DNA of 64,000 bases from Hormiphora californensis (Eukaryota; Animalia; Ctenophora), in the NCBI GenBank assembly GCA_020137815.1, contig CM035351.1, positions 496,001-560,000 on the forward strand, written 5' to 3'. Made by a program: the position numbers and the translations under genes. The notes under the pieces are model-generated. The model did not search any database. It was not told the origin of the DNA and saw nothing but the letters and a program-made list of their open reading frames with translations. Shown here in pieces: positions 50,628 through 64,000 of the stretch. Within the stretch, counting starts at the first letter, position 1. Each line of letters opens with the position of its first letter.

Positions 50628-53600
50628 TTAGCATGTTCCCCTCTCGCTTCCCACTTCCCAGACCACCTGATCAGTTCTGAAGTCCCTAATGACCATGTTA
50701 CCATCGTTCTCTACCGTCAGGGAGTACTGGTTAATACCCGGTCCGGGCGTGTAGCCATCTGAAAAGTATTGTTAAGGGAGCTGTTGAGTAAGGGGTGGAG
50801 AGGAGGGCGTGTAGCCATCTGAAAAGTATTGTTAAGGGAGTTGTTGAGTAAGGGGTGGAGAGGAGGGCGTGTAGCCATCTGAAAAGTATTGTTAAGGGAG
50901 TTGTTGAGTAAGGGGTGGAGAGGAGGGCGAGTAGCCAGCTGAAAAGTATTGATGGGGAAGATGTTCTGCTCGGAATGACGGTCATTGACCTGCCAGTGGA
51001 ACAATTACCAACAAGGCGACACTAGGTCGAGTGTTTACAGGGTTGTATGGTAATTACCAGGAACCGACCGAATCAGGAAATACTGGTCCCTGATTGGCTG
51101 ATAACCAGTCACGTGACCTAAATAACGAGTTCTGATTGTTTGTTTACTTTACCTACGGTTCCACTGTTCCAGTTGTATCTTTGGCCGATGGTAACCATTT
51201 CCCCCTCGCCGGTTATCTCAAATCCATCGTTCCCCTCGTTCCAGGTATCAGTGTGCCAATTGGGTATTCCTCCCTTACAGTAAAGGACCACATTGTCATC
51301 TGTCTGTAAATAATGATCCTTCATTTTCAAATGCTCATTGAATATCTTGAATTAAGAGCGGTTAAATGTTCTATTAACTATCACAGTTCAGATCTTATGC
51401 TACAGTAGCTGTCTGGCGGCCCCATCTGATTCTCAGATCGGGTCATATCTTAGTTTTGATTTTAATGTTTTGATTTTGTTTAATGTTTTGATTTTAATAA
51501 GGCCGATTGGTTGGGTCTAAATGTTGCTCTAGCCCGAGTTGACTGGGATAGTATTATTGTGAGTAATGCTAACTGTGCTTGGAAGAAGTTTTGTAGTAGC
51601 CTTTTCGAGTGTGTTGAGAAGTACATTCCCATGAGACGTCTCAGGGGTTCCTTTGAGCCTCTCTGGTATGATCGTGACTGTAAAAAGGCGCGGCGTATCA
51701 AGGAGGATCTTAGGAAAAAGTATGTGTCAAACCCCACCCCACCCACGAGAGAGAGGTACACCACTGCGAGAAAGGATTTCAAGAATCTGATTATTCAGAA
51801 AATGAACAACTTTTTCGGAGTGAACGATTCTAACTCAATCACCAAGAGATTCTGGTCACATATCAAGTCATCTAGTAAGTGTGATAGGATCCCACCCACT
51901 GTTTATCGTAATGATGTCACCCGCACTGACCCTAGTGCCAAGGCATCATTATTCAATGCACATTTTGCGAGTCAATTCACAGAACCGAGTTTGTACAATA
52001 TTGATGTTGACCTGTCCCGTAAAGAGTTTGATTGTTATTTCTCTTGTTCTGAAGTGTATAGTGTGCTGTGTAATATTGATGTGTCTAAATCATGTGGGCC
52101 CGATGGGATTCACGGCAGGATTCTGAAGAACTGTGCGGGTAGCCTATCCTACCCAATCTGGTTGCTTCTTAATCTCTCCATGTCTACTGGCGTGGTCCCT
52201 GACGACTGGAAGCTAGCTTCTATTGTACCTATACACAAAAAAGGGGACAGTAAGGATGTTGCCAACTACAGACCGATTTCGCTTCTGTCTCTAGTGGGGA
52301 AGATCATGGAGGTGTTAGTTAAGAATAGAATTATGAGTCATTGTGGTTCCATGATTGACCCTAGGCAGCATGGGTTTGTGGAGGGGAGATCTTGCTGTAC
52401 CCAGCTCCTCCCTTTCACACACTCTCTTGCTTCTAACCTTAATCATTCAGACTATGTGCGTACTGATGTTGTTTATTTTGATTTTAAGCGTGCATTTGAT
52501 TCCTGTAATCATGACATCATTCTGAACAAGCTGAAAATCAAATTCGGTTTGGATGGGATGTTGCTAAGATTTATCAAGAACTACCTAAGAGATCGTAGAC
52601 AGAAGGTTGTTATTGATGGTGAGTCATCTGAGGAGTTACCTGTCATCTCGGGTGTTCCCCAGGGGTCCATTCTTGGCCCTGTTCTTTTCACGATTTTTAT
52701 TAATGACATTTTTGATGAAGTCACCGAGGGTACCCATATTTCTCTGTATGCCGACGACACCAAAATTTGGAGAGAGATTGGGTATTGGAGTGATCACCTG
52801 TCGCTTCAGCGCTCAATCTCTAACCTATACTCTTGGTCAGTCAGGAACAAGATGTGTTTTCACCCACAAAAGTGTAAAGTGTTGAGTGTCTCGCCCACCG
52901 GGGCTCACCACCGCCCCATCCCTCTCCCGTTCTGTGAATTTTTCTACACCCTCAACTCTGTGTTTATTGATTATGTTACCAAACAGCTAGATTTGGGTAT
53001 ATTTGTTACCAGTAACTTGAATTGGAGTTCTCACTGCGAGTATATTACCACCAGTATGATCTCCAAGTTCAATTTGTTGCGTAGGACGTGCTATTTTCTT
53101 AACAACAGTGCTAACAAGAGATCTCTTTACCTGACCATGGTGCGTTCTCTAATTGAGCACTGTAGTCCTATCTGGTGTAACATCGGTAGGACTCAGTTGC
53201 TTTCTCTTGAGAAATTGCAGAAGAGAGTTGTCAAATGGATCAGAAATGAACCTATGGCATCATACAGCAATGTTCAATACGTGTCTTATCTCAAGGGTCT
53301 GAACATTCTTCCATTCAAGGAACTCTTCTTGTATAATGACCTGCGGCTGTTTTACCAGATTGTCTATAATATGGTACAGATTGACATTCCTGATTCTATA
53401 AGGCCAGTTAATGCTGCCGATCTTCGACCTACGCGTCAAAATCGTGACATTATTGCTGGCCTAGACCGTACCACCCTTGTGGACACGAGTAACAGTCACA
53501 AGTGCTCCTCTACTTTGCGTGACAGCTTTTTCCACAGGACTACCAGGTCCTGGAATTTGCTGCCATACGAACTTCGACAGAGTGAAACTTTACCCATCTT

Positions 53601-54633
53601 TCTGACTAAGCTCAAGCTCAACCTTTTCAGTTATATTGATATCGATAATATTCTATGATTTTCCCATCACCCCACATCACTTCACCAACTCATCACATGA
53701 ATGTTCCAATTGCAATACCGCTGCCACTTCTGCGGGTCGCCTACTCTCCTCGCGGCGCCTCCCCTCTCTAACTGTAAATCTAGTCTAGTGGCAACAACGA
53801 TATATTTTTAATTTATTTAATGTAAACATAAGCTACCTATAGAGGGGCTTCTTAAGTGCGGGATTCCTGCGTGAAGCCCTCAGACGCACGGCATGTGATA
53901 TTATTTGATCTTTTAAAAAATGCAAATTGTTTCCGTAACCGTTTGAAACTTCTTCCAATAAAAAAGTACCTACCTGAGCGACGATGGCATATTTCTCGTT
54001 TTGCGACCACACCGTGGTGCCCCCAGGAAATTTCATATTCTCTCCATACATCTTGTAGCAGACTCCATCCCTGCAGTTCAGCCCACAATCTATCTTGGGT
54101 CTCTCCATGTCATCGACAGTACAGGACTGGTAGAACTTCTTCTCGGTCATTCTACAGAACAGCTTGTCCTTTCTGTCCATGGGTGCAAGCCGTGTATCTC
54201 CACCACAACTCCACCAGTGCTTTCGGAGCGCTCGGTAACCTGTGGTGTGTGAATATATATATAATGACATATCTCGTATGTTCTGATTCTGAAGAAAACA
54301 TTTCACCATGCAAGTGGAGTTTGCTTCCCCGGTTTCCTAGGACTTGCACCGTAATATCCGCCGTGTAATTGTGGGCTGTGGCGACATTCTTTGTTGAGAT
54401 GCACCTTGTACTGTGTACCTCTCCCACTATTGTCCTTTTCACTAGTACACAGTGCATCTCAACATGTCGTTGATCCCCGCCCTGGTCGCCACAACAATCA
54501 TCGCGACATTCTTTACAGTCTTACCTCGTTCGAAGCATGCCTCCAAACGGCCTTGAGTCCTGTCACAGTCTACTGCTGCCCCTGTTCCCGAGGCCAGGAA
54601 AGCCACCAAAAGAGACAATAAAACGAGTTTCAT
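50628..54633 (-). CDS. Secreted B-type (GNA/bulb) lectin-domain protein, 4 exons
   Basis: Signal peptide MKLVLLSLLVAFLASG. Phase-consistent exons 54633-54525, 54239-53974, 51303-51153, 50758-50628. Splicing restores AQ|TDDNVVLY (QxDxNxVxY). The last exon has LTVENDGNMVIRD..VVW. Confidence 0.8.
50745..50952 (-). repeat. 60-bp tandem repeat x3.5 containing the lectin last-exon acceptor (CTTTTCAG|ATGGCTACACGCCC)
   Basis: Copies start at 50745, 50805, 50865 and 50925. Confidence 0.9.
51480..53826 (+). mobile_element. 5'-truncated CR1/L2-type LINE with intact RT ORF, antisense within lectin intron 2
   Basis: FNKADW; KSCGPDGI; NYRPISLL; QHGF..GRSC; DFKRAFD; GVPQGSILGP; YADD; KCKVL; DLGI; SFFHRT..WNLLP. 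AT-rich 3' tail. No endonuclease domain. Confidence 0.92.
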
Positions 54634-55274
54634 TTTGCAGAGAAGAACTGAATTTCTACAGCATAGGAGACTAGAGCATATATAATAGGAGACTGAGAGA
54701 GACACCTTCTATATTGTCCAAACTTGATTATCCTATATATTGTCCATGGGAAACGGTATTTTTCATAATATTAACACGAATATTGTTGAAACTTCATATT
54801 ACTCCCACACTCTCTCTCTTGGAGTGATCTAGCTAAGTTATGCAATAATGCATAATGCATAATGCATAATGCATGGATGGTATGTTGATGTTATTGTAAG
54901 AATCTTAATCAAATTTGTTCTTCGGCTAATCAGACGAAAGAACATTTCTTTACCGTAAATCTTCCGCTTTTACTTTCGTCACAATAAAAAGAAAGTCTAA
55001 AAGTCGCTACATCTTTTCATGTAATCTGAGTGGAATAGGTATATTGAAACGACATGCAACGTGCAGCTATCAGCCCTCTTCTCCTTATAATATCCTTGTC
55101 TAACAGCCAGTACTTTCCACCGTGTCTAACACTGTCAGTAGACCCAACTACAATCTTTCAATTTCTGTTTCTAATCACACAATTCAAGTCTGTTATATCA
55201 GACACACATGTCCATATATATGGAATTGTTAGCCGATGAAGCCACTCAGACACACATGTCCATATATGGAATTG

Positions 55275-58200
55275 TTAGCCGATGAAGCCGCTGTGATTGT
55301 CACAATCCCTGTTGCTGTCCAGTCCTGTCATCATAATGGTATTTGATTTGGGGGTACAAGATCGTGATCTATCGCACTCTGTCACCATGGTCATCCTGCT
55401 GTTGGGCTGTTCAGATGAGGTCTCCCTGACCAGAGCATTGCTGGTAGCAAAGGTCTGCTTCGTCTGTGGCACTGCGGGGGAGGGGTGTGTTAGTTAGAGC
55501 TGAGGTAAGTTAGAGGGGCTGTTTGTTGCTAAGAGAGCTCTGTTAGTAAGCCAGGTGGCGAGGTAATTGCCCTTCACCTGTCATCAAAGATAAAAGAAAA
55601 GGAGAAAAAGGGACGTCCCAATCGATATATTGACACTCACCACCCACACACACAGACGCACACACTCTCTCTCACGCACGGGCTAAGCATCTTCATCTTG
55701 GTTTGAGGTACCGCCAGCAGAAGTCATTAGTGTTCCTAGTCCTAGGTCGGGATTAGGGAAAGACAATCAATAATTCAGTAATAGAAAGATGTTTTGAATT
55801 AGTGTCCTAGTCCTATAGTTAGGGAAAGACAATCAATAATTCAGTAATAGAAAGATGTTTTGAAATGATTTGAAATGATTTCATTAGTGTTCCTAGTCCT
55901 ATAGTTAGGGAAAGACAATCGATAGGGAGAGAGATGGGGTATGATTGGTTACATGCAACACTCACAATTGGTACCGTTTCCTGGGAATGAGTGAGGCATT
56001 TCCATGTACGCATGCCCTTTGAAGGTAGTAGGACAGTAAGGAACATGATATGATAAGGGAACATAATCATGATAATAATGCAATATATCATGCATCATGC
56101 ATTCCTTACACAAACGTGTGCCGTTTCAAATATATAATTTAAAGACTTGGCCAGATGCACTTAGGCGGGTGGGGGGCGGGTTCACTTGGGCGGGTGGGCG
56201 TGGGTACACTTGGGCGGGTGGGCGTGGGTACACTTTGGCGGGTGGGGGCTTTTTAACTTGGGCGAGTGCACTTTGGCGGGTATTGGCGGGCGGGTGGGTG
56301 TAGTATAGTATTCACCTTTCGATCGAGAGTATGGCACACTGGATGAAGTTGATTTGTCACTCTCAGACATTCCCAGGAGTTTCAGCCACACTTTCTTCAG
56401 GGTGTCATTGAGCACAACGTACAACACGAATATCAGAATACCCTGAGAAACAAGGGAACTTTATGAGCGGTGTGTGACTTGTTGAAGCACCTAGAATGGA
56501 GCTTCAAGAAACTGCAGTTTAATGGTCTAGAAGTACACTCCCTACACTGACATTGTTTTGAGAAATAAACAACTTACCTGAGTTGAATTCAGCAAGATAA
56601 AAATGTAGCGAAGCCATTTCTGTTTCGCTGCGGCATTGAAAATAAGCACGAATCCAAACACCCAGGACACACCCAGTAGACTCATAACGGAGACTGCAAA
56701 GCTGAATTGTTTCTGAAAATAGGGAAGGGGAACTGTGTTTTAGTTGGCTAGCGATGCTAGACCCCACTTTGATTCTCAGCTCGACAATGCGCTTAGATCA
56801 GGGCAGGCAGACAGGTTATTTCGGGGGTGGACTACAGTCCCTTCGTTAGAGGGGTCTGCAGGGTGAATTACCTTTCTCCTCTCGAGATCAGATGGAGGTA
56901 TTTTGTGTCCGAGTTGGTTCTTGCTCCTGAACACGTTAAGAACACGGATAAAGATGAAGATGTTGAAGGAGATAGCGAGCACAACAGGACCGTAGAAAGA
57001 CAGATAGCCGTAGGGCCGGTTGATGAAACACCTGAAAATCAAATTGTAGTTGTGGAATTCTGCCTCCGATATGTGCGAAAGTTCTGATACAGAGGGACGG
57101 CTAAACAGCCAAGTGGAAATCATAAGGCTGACTAAAATCTACTGACTATTAATAAAGGTCTATAATAGGGGCTTACGTTTCACTGCTAGCGTAGTCAGAT
57201 CTTCCCCACGCGATTCCAATAACAGGGAAAATTAGTGGGATGCCTGAAGGAATGGAAATGGGGTTATCAGGGTTACCATACAATGGGGTTACCATGGTTA
57301 CCATGGATACCATACAATCACTAAACACATCTAGCGAGGACACGTGTTCTGATACATTTAGCACTAGGTTTACTTGGCTTGAAGGGGTGGCTGTGGTGTA
57401 CGCAGCAGTGGAGTATATGTCAGCGAGCTTGACGTTCTTATGAAAGGAGTAGGAGAGGAGCACGCAGGCAAGGAGAAGGAACAACACGAGAGCTAGGATA
57501 ACCGCCCCAAAGGTCCTTAACATATCCCTTTATAACAAGAACACACAAACTTAACTAGTATATAGTTGCACTAAAAACATATAGAGATCTTAAGTGCACT
57601 ATTTAGACAAGAGCTTTATATGGTATGATGTGTGTCTCGTGAGAGATCTCTTTATTCACTTTAGTCGCGCATGGTTTTGTGTTTTTAACAAAATCTTAAC
57701 CACACACGAAGTTAACTGGTTCAACCAATTAACCAATGGCTGTCGAGAAGTTGAAGGATTAGCAAGTTTCATGAAAGTTGTTTGAATTGAGCTGTTTCTA
57801 GAATCTAATTCTAGAGAACAATGCTATTATAGAGCCTACTATTATAAAAGGCGGGCTGAGGAATTAGTCTGAAATGCCCTGACAATTGGACATCATACAT
57901 AATAGAAGACTGATTTGTTTGATCTCATCCTTGAATAGGCGAGTACTTTATGTAAACAGCAATACAAGACGGTTTCAAGGATCAGATCAAACAAATCAGT
58001 TTCCCCTCCATCCGCCACATCCCCGTACACATAATAGAGGAGACGCGGTGGAAGACCCCCCCCCCCTCCACATATAATACTCAGCAAGACAAATCACATA
58101 GGAAATAGGAAAGGAATCCTTTGACAGATAACATTACACGTGTAGGAGGGAGGAAGATCGATTAACGATTTGACAAGACATATTTGGCAAGAAAAAAATC

Positions 58201-61200
58201 AATCAAGTTTTAATGAACAGTCTCTCATGTTCATGTCACCACACGTTACTTATAATACCCTGTAGTAAGTAACTAGAGAGAGGAGGATTTGATGTCTAAT
58301 AACTAGAGAGAAGGAGGATTTGATGTCCACAGACCGCATGCAGGTCCATTAGCAAGGCCCACATGTAACAAGTTTTAGCCATCCTAAGTTATATAGTTTC
58401 CCTTATGCAACTCTACCCCCCAACTCTATATTAGGCGGGCCGGTAACTCCACCCAGATAAGAGATGTTTCACACAAAATAAACCCCAGAAAATAAGCCCT
58501 AACGAGTCCCACACAGCTTGCTTTATGCGAACATATTATAAGTAGGTTGAATAATCTCTAAGCTGCGCTAGAATCCTCTCTTTAAGAGCTAGACTCTAGA
58601 GGGTTGCACTGTCGAGAATCAAATCGGGGCCTTGCGCCAGACAGAGAGTCACCTGCATAGTTCCCGGCGAGACTTTTTTAAATATTATATGTGCTCTCTG
58701 ACTCGCTCCGCCACAAAAGTGCACTTAACCGCGTGACAGCTGTCATGCCTTCCCCCGTTTTTCAGTGAGACAGTGTATTTTCTAGACCTGTTTATTATAT
58801 GTGGATCTTGATATGTTCCCCCGATTATATACCGAGCAACAAGCTCTTTCCCAAGTAGCTCGCGGTAAATCCTACTGTTCGTAGTATGCGTGGGCCATGT
58901 ACAATGTACATTGCACATAATACATTGTACATGTACATTATATATTATACAATACAACACCAACATTGTACATACCCCAGCAGGCGAGGTTGAATTTCAG
59001 CATGTATCTGGAGATGTGGGAGTTAAGAACACAGCTAACAAGGGCTCTGTACATCACCACCGCCTCACAAATCATCCAGGCCATCTGACATAGCCAGAAG
59101 TAGTTCATCAGGAAGGCAACCTGGAGAGAGAGAGGGGGGAGTTGTAGAGATCAGGGGTTGTTAGCAAAATTGGGCAAATTGTAAAAGATTTAGAAGGATA
59201 GTTGTATGGTTCAATTGTCTTCCTCTCTCACTCAAGAAGTATGATTTGTTTAAATCACTTTGTTTAAATTTAACCGAGAACATATTCTCAAATTGCCAAT
59301 TTACTAAGGAAAATTGTTTTGAATCACAGCGAGAACATTTTCTTCTTATAGGTCTACTTACCACAAATACTAACCCCCTCCTTCCTTCCTAGATCCCTGT
59401 ACTTACCACGAGGCACTCCGCGGATGCGCCAGTATCTTTCTCTGCTTGGGCGCTTTGCTTCCTATTGACCAGCTCCATAAAGTGGAAGATGACGATAGAG
59501 AATATCATGGAGGTCACAAGAAGGAGGTTAATTCGAACTGTCCGGGTCTTTAGCATCTCCCTAAAGGTACATGAGTTGTGGGGTTGCAGTTGTAGTGTGA
59601 GTTTAGTGTGGGGTTTGGTAGTATAGCATATTGCCATCCATATAAGGTGATGGCCTGCTCTATTAGTGTAACTAGGACCTACTTGGCAGGAAGGTAGGCA
59701 ATGACTGTGCAGAAGAGACATCCCAGACTTATCGCCAGGAGCACTTGTGATATTATCTCCTCTGTCTCGTCGTAATCGCTGCTCATCGTCTGATAGGAAT
59801 ACGTGTTAGAAGCATTCTTAAAGAGCTGGCAACCCTCCTTCCCCTTCAAATATCCCTCTCCCGACCATGGATTACTTGTATCCTAAAATTCCTATACTTG
59901 TCAACTGTTCATATCACCTTTTATATTCCATGTCCACAACTCCTTACAACACCACGTACCATGTCCACAACCCCTCTCAGACCCACAAGGGCCCTCAATA
60001 CGTACCATAATAACAGCGAATGAAGTCATGTGATCACAGGAACAGGATATCTGTCCGTTATCATCAACCTCTTGAGTGCATCCACTCTCATCACCTCCAA
60101 CCCAGGACCCTGTAGTCTCGTTGTAGTAGGCGCACTCATACACCTTGTTCAACCCTATCTTGTAGTACACACGCGGGGTGTGATCCTGTAGGAGACATGG
60201 ATTAATATGGAAATCAATAGATTGACTTTTGAGAACAATGTCTTCAGCTATAAAATCAAGACTTGTATAGAATGAATTAATCTCTGTATAGTAACTTGAC
60301 CCCTTACTCAATGTCATACAATCGATGATAATTCTAAGTAAAGGTTACAAACCTTGACAGTATAACTGAGCTTCACTTTGTTGCCATCCCCAAACTTTAC
60401 ACTTCCATTACTGTTCGCGTAACTGACTTCTGTGACCAGACTTGAAATCGCTTTAACTGCCTGTAGCACAGAGGTGAGGGGTGAGGTAGACAGATACAAT
60501 ATAGAATCAGGGTGGGACGTGGGTACTGGTGAGCTGTAGCAGAGCTAGAAGGAGGTTTGAACTCTGCTTCACTTGAGGAGAGGGAGATGGGATATACTAA
60601 TTGGGGTATACAGAGATGAAGGGTAGATTATATCTATTATATCTTGGTTCAAAATACAGTCGCATCATTTCGTTATCTTGGCAGATATATATCTTGGCAT
60701 TGGGGAAGTTAAAATGCATGATTGTTGGTTGTAAAGATGATCAAACTGAAAAATAGAGATTACTGATTAGAGATAGAGATAGAGATAGAGATAGAGATAG
60801 AGATAGAGATAGAGATAGAGATAGAGATAGAGATAGAGATAGAGATAGAGATAGAGATAGAGATAGAGATAGAGATAGAGATAGAGATAGAGATAGAGAT
60901 AGAGATAGAGATAGAGATAGAGATAGAGATAGAGATGAGACAAGATGACAGGTTAAATGCATTTTTCTTCTTCCTCCTGTATCTCGCAAGCTCTTCTCGA
61001 ACAAAACAGATAATTGTTCACCTCATTTTCTCCGCCTCCTAAATTAGACAGGGACACACAAACACATTCCTACTAACAACACAAAGCTCTTCTGTGAGCC
61101 AGTGAAATCAAAGAAGTTGTGATTCTGAAAAACCCAATTACCTCTGTTTTGGACGCCTTGAAGTTTTCTCGGAAGGTCTCCTCGACATCGTAGGCTACGT

Positions 61201-64000
61201 CTTTTGAGGGATAGAACTTGCCAGTAGGATCGTATAGGACCGCCCTGACCGTTTGGTTACTGTCGTTAGGTACGCTCACCTGATGGAGGGTTTTAGAACA
61301 TCATGCTAGTAGTAGCATGACAGGAGGGTTAGAAAATGACAGAAAATGACAGGGAGCTGAGACTAGAAGGTTATGACTTCATGAATTTTTGAGTGTTGAT
61401 ATAATCAACAACGCGTTCTAGTGTGTGGGTCTCGATGTTCCCAACGTCTGCCTGTGTAGAGACCAGTGCTGCTGCCGTGTGTGTGCTTCGTCGCAAATCA
61501 ATCGATTTCGCGGTGGGACAGGCACGCGGGAGCTTTGCTGGTCTGGCAGTCGTAGGGATTATCTGTGTTTTTCCCCTACTGTGCAGGATGGCACAGCCAT
61601 GATGTTTTGGCTCTTTTCCTGTTTCATTTATTCTATTCTATTCTAATCAAGGTACCACAGTATATTGTGAATAAGCAAGAGATGAAGAATATGAATTAGA
61701 ACTCACAGAGAATATTGTCGTTTTGTTCCCTGTATCGGCTGCATTAGTCGACCCATTAAGACTAGCAAGAGATGCATCTCCAAACACACTGATCTTTGAA
61801 GCTGATCCAGTGGATGGTTCTGCAACCGCCATACTAACTGTCTCGGCGGCTATGTAATTTGATCCTCCCGTGCTTAGGTTATCAGATATCGCCTTCGCAC
61901 TGTCTCGCATCCTGTCCAGGGAGAGAGAGAGAGAGATCAGAATTCAGAGATGGAGATCTTGTCTATTGAAGAGGAACGATAGAGCATCGTACTTTACGAA
62001 AATATACAATATCAGCCATCATGTCGACCTCCTAAATCTGCCTTTAGCATCAGAGGGGTATACAACTAGACGTGTGTACTAATTACTATTCAATATGTTA
62101 CTAACGCTTTAGCTGGTGCCCCTCCATCGTCTCTCATCTGGACCTCCTGTGTGTCCATGTGTACCCCATCCACAGTCTCAAGGAGATTAACCCTGACCTG
62201 ATCATCACCATACTTCAATACTTTATCAATTATATTCGCTAGCTTCTCAACATTACCACCATCCATCTTAGATGAACTCTCATCCGACAGCTCCTTCAGC
62301 TCAGCAGACACCCTGACAGCCTCATCGCTCGACTCAATGTCAGTAGACTGGTTATCTAACTCATCTAGCCGCTGTTTTGCAGCACTCGCACACGCCGAAT
62401 AGTTGCTTGACCCAAAGGTCCGATCTTCCAGACACTTCCTTGTGGCAGATTGTGCGTTCTGGGATATTAGACACCGGGTCAGAGGCGTGTTTTGGGTTAC
62501 TCAGTGAGTTTTGACAATAGTTTTGAGTAGATGGGGCACTGCGAGATGTATGTTCCGAGGATGTATTAGCCCCCCCCCCCCCCCGGTGTTAATATACATG
62601 ACGTACATTATAGACACATGGTACAGATGCAGTCACCCCAACAGCCGTGGTAGGCCAACTGTACGCTCCGTAAATGTCATCTTCTTCCTCCAGTGCTCCG
62701 CAAATATCTGTAACGACCATTTGTACTGGACATGGGGTTAGCAATGAACCAAATACACCCAACATCTTATAGCTGAGTATATAATAGCTGAGTAACAAAA
62801 CATCATAGGACATTCAACAGAATATAAACCAATGTCATATGGGACAGCTTTTAATTTGTCACAAACCTTTTGTAAACTACACTAACCTTCAGGTTTCTCG
62901 CATATTGGGTTTTCATTAGATCCCGGTGTACACTGGATACACTTTGTGCTGCCCTCTGGTGCGTATTGTGATGCTTCACAGTTCTCGCAGATACTCTGTC
63001 CAGCCTTGTTCTGGTATTGATTCTCCGGGCAGTTAGAGCACTGTGTGACATCCACCCCTCCGTTACTGATTGTACCAGCTTCACACTCGACCCAAGTGTA
63101 TTCATCGCGTAGTCGATATCCTTTTGGAACAGGCACATCCACTGTGTGGAGAAGGAGGTTTGGGAAGAAGTCTCGTGGGGCGAGGGAGGAGGAGAGGGAA
63201 GTTAGAATTGTCTCTTGTGGCGAGAGAGGGAGGAGGAGGTTTGGGAAGAAGAAGGAGAGGGAGGTTAGAATTCTCTTGTGGCGAGGAAATGAGAAGGAGG
63301 GGTAGGTTAGTTTTAGAAGTCTCTTGTGGCGAGGAAATGAGAAGGAGGGGTAGGTTAGTTTTAGAAGTCTCTTGTGGCGAGGAAATGAGAAGGAGGGGTA
63401 GGTTAGTTTTAGAAGTCTCTTGTGGCGAGGAAATGAGAAGGAGGGGTAGGTTAGTTTTAGAAGTCTCTTGTGGCGAGGAGGAGGTTAGTTTTAGAAGTGT
63501 GGCGAATTGAAGGAATTATAATTTGTTGATGTCACATACCGAACATTCTTCCAAGAACGAACATCTTCTGAACATCAACAGATCCTCCAGGCAGTGTGTA
63601 GTCTATTTTGGGTGTGCCTCTTTTATTGGCCTGTACACCACCACTACAGTTTAGTACTAGCTCTTGTTCAGATTGCCGAAGCGTCACGCACCCGTCCACT
63701 TTCACTCTTATTTCCGTTTGTATCTGTACGGCGGTCGTGAGATTACAAAAAGGGAGGGAACTGACAACTGTCTCATGGCGCCGACCCGATCTCCAGACAG
63801 AGAGGGAATCTATGATAAATAGTTACCTCTTCAAAGACAAATATAACTCTCTGTACATCGTACGTATGAGCACCACCTCCTATCTGAATCACCCCAGGAG
63901 AAGCGTCATCTACTCCCAGGGTGAATATTGCACTTGTCATGGAATCAAAAGACATCACATCTTCTGGAATATCTCTTTCACCGATCAAGTTCTCATAGTA
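55275..64000 (-). CDS. Adhesion GPCR (GCC2/GCC3 Cys repeats - HormR - GAIN/GPS - 7TM), 5' end outside window
   Basis: CEAGT..CPENQYQNKAGQSICENC; CGALEE...YSWPTTAVG.TASVPC; CAYYNETTGSW...GC.....CSCDHMTSFAVIM (GPS); CFI..YLSFYGPVVL..FNIFIF; GILIFVLYVVLND. Confidence 0.87.
60768..60935 (+). repeat. (AGAGAT)n hexanucleotide microsatellite
   Basis: Direct observation. Confidence 0.95.
63150..63510. repeat. ~49-bp purine-rich tandem repeat abutting a GPCR exon acceptor
   Basis: GTCTCTTGTGGCGAGGAAATGAGAAGGAGGGGTAGGTTAGTTTTAGAA x4 plus diverged copies. Confidence 0.85.

Noticed and set aside
51058-51152. Introner-type element creating the lectin intron
   Set aside because: The element covers only part of a ~395-nt intron and does not supply the acceptor; other copies lie mid-intron or intergenic.

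Overview
Eukaryotic animal genomic DNA with GT-AG introns, many microsatellites and MITEs. Compact introns, a nested gene and AG acceptors just upstream of most start codons suggest a ctenophore-like invertebrate, but that is inference. Hand-built gene models, in order: an unknown minus-strand gene; a degenerate WW-coiled coil-CUE gene; two tandem intronless double-dsRBD genes, the second broken by a TGA and a 1-kb palindromic MITE; POLR3E/RPC5; UBE2L3; a junctophilin-like MORN gene with a Pim-like kinase nested in one intron and its last two exons tandemly duplicated; RCC2; two Pro/Ser/Thr/Glu-rich minus-strand genes; an MFS transporter; a secreted B-type (GNA) lectin interrupted by a CR1/L2-like LINE; and the 3' part of an adhesion GPCR. 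Three observations stand out. (1) Tandem repeats repeatedly straddle exon boundaries (splice donors, acceptors, stop codons), giving arrays of up to ~40 decoy splice sites, some with AG|GT recursive-like geometry. (2) The duplicated junctophilin tail shows ~50 synonymous and 0 non-synonymous differences. (3) The dsRBD gene cassette. Parts of the sequence look error-prone (17.5-19.2 kb; frameshifts at 38.6-41.2 kb). All family calls are from motif recognition, not database searches.
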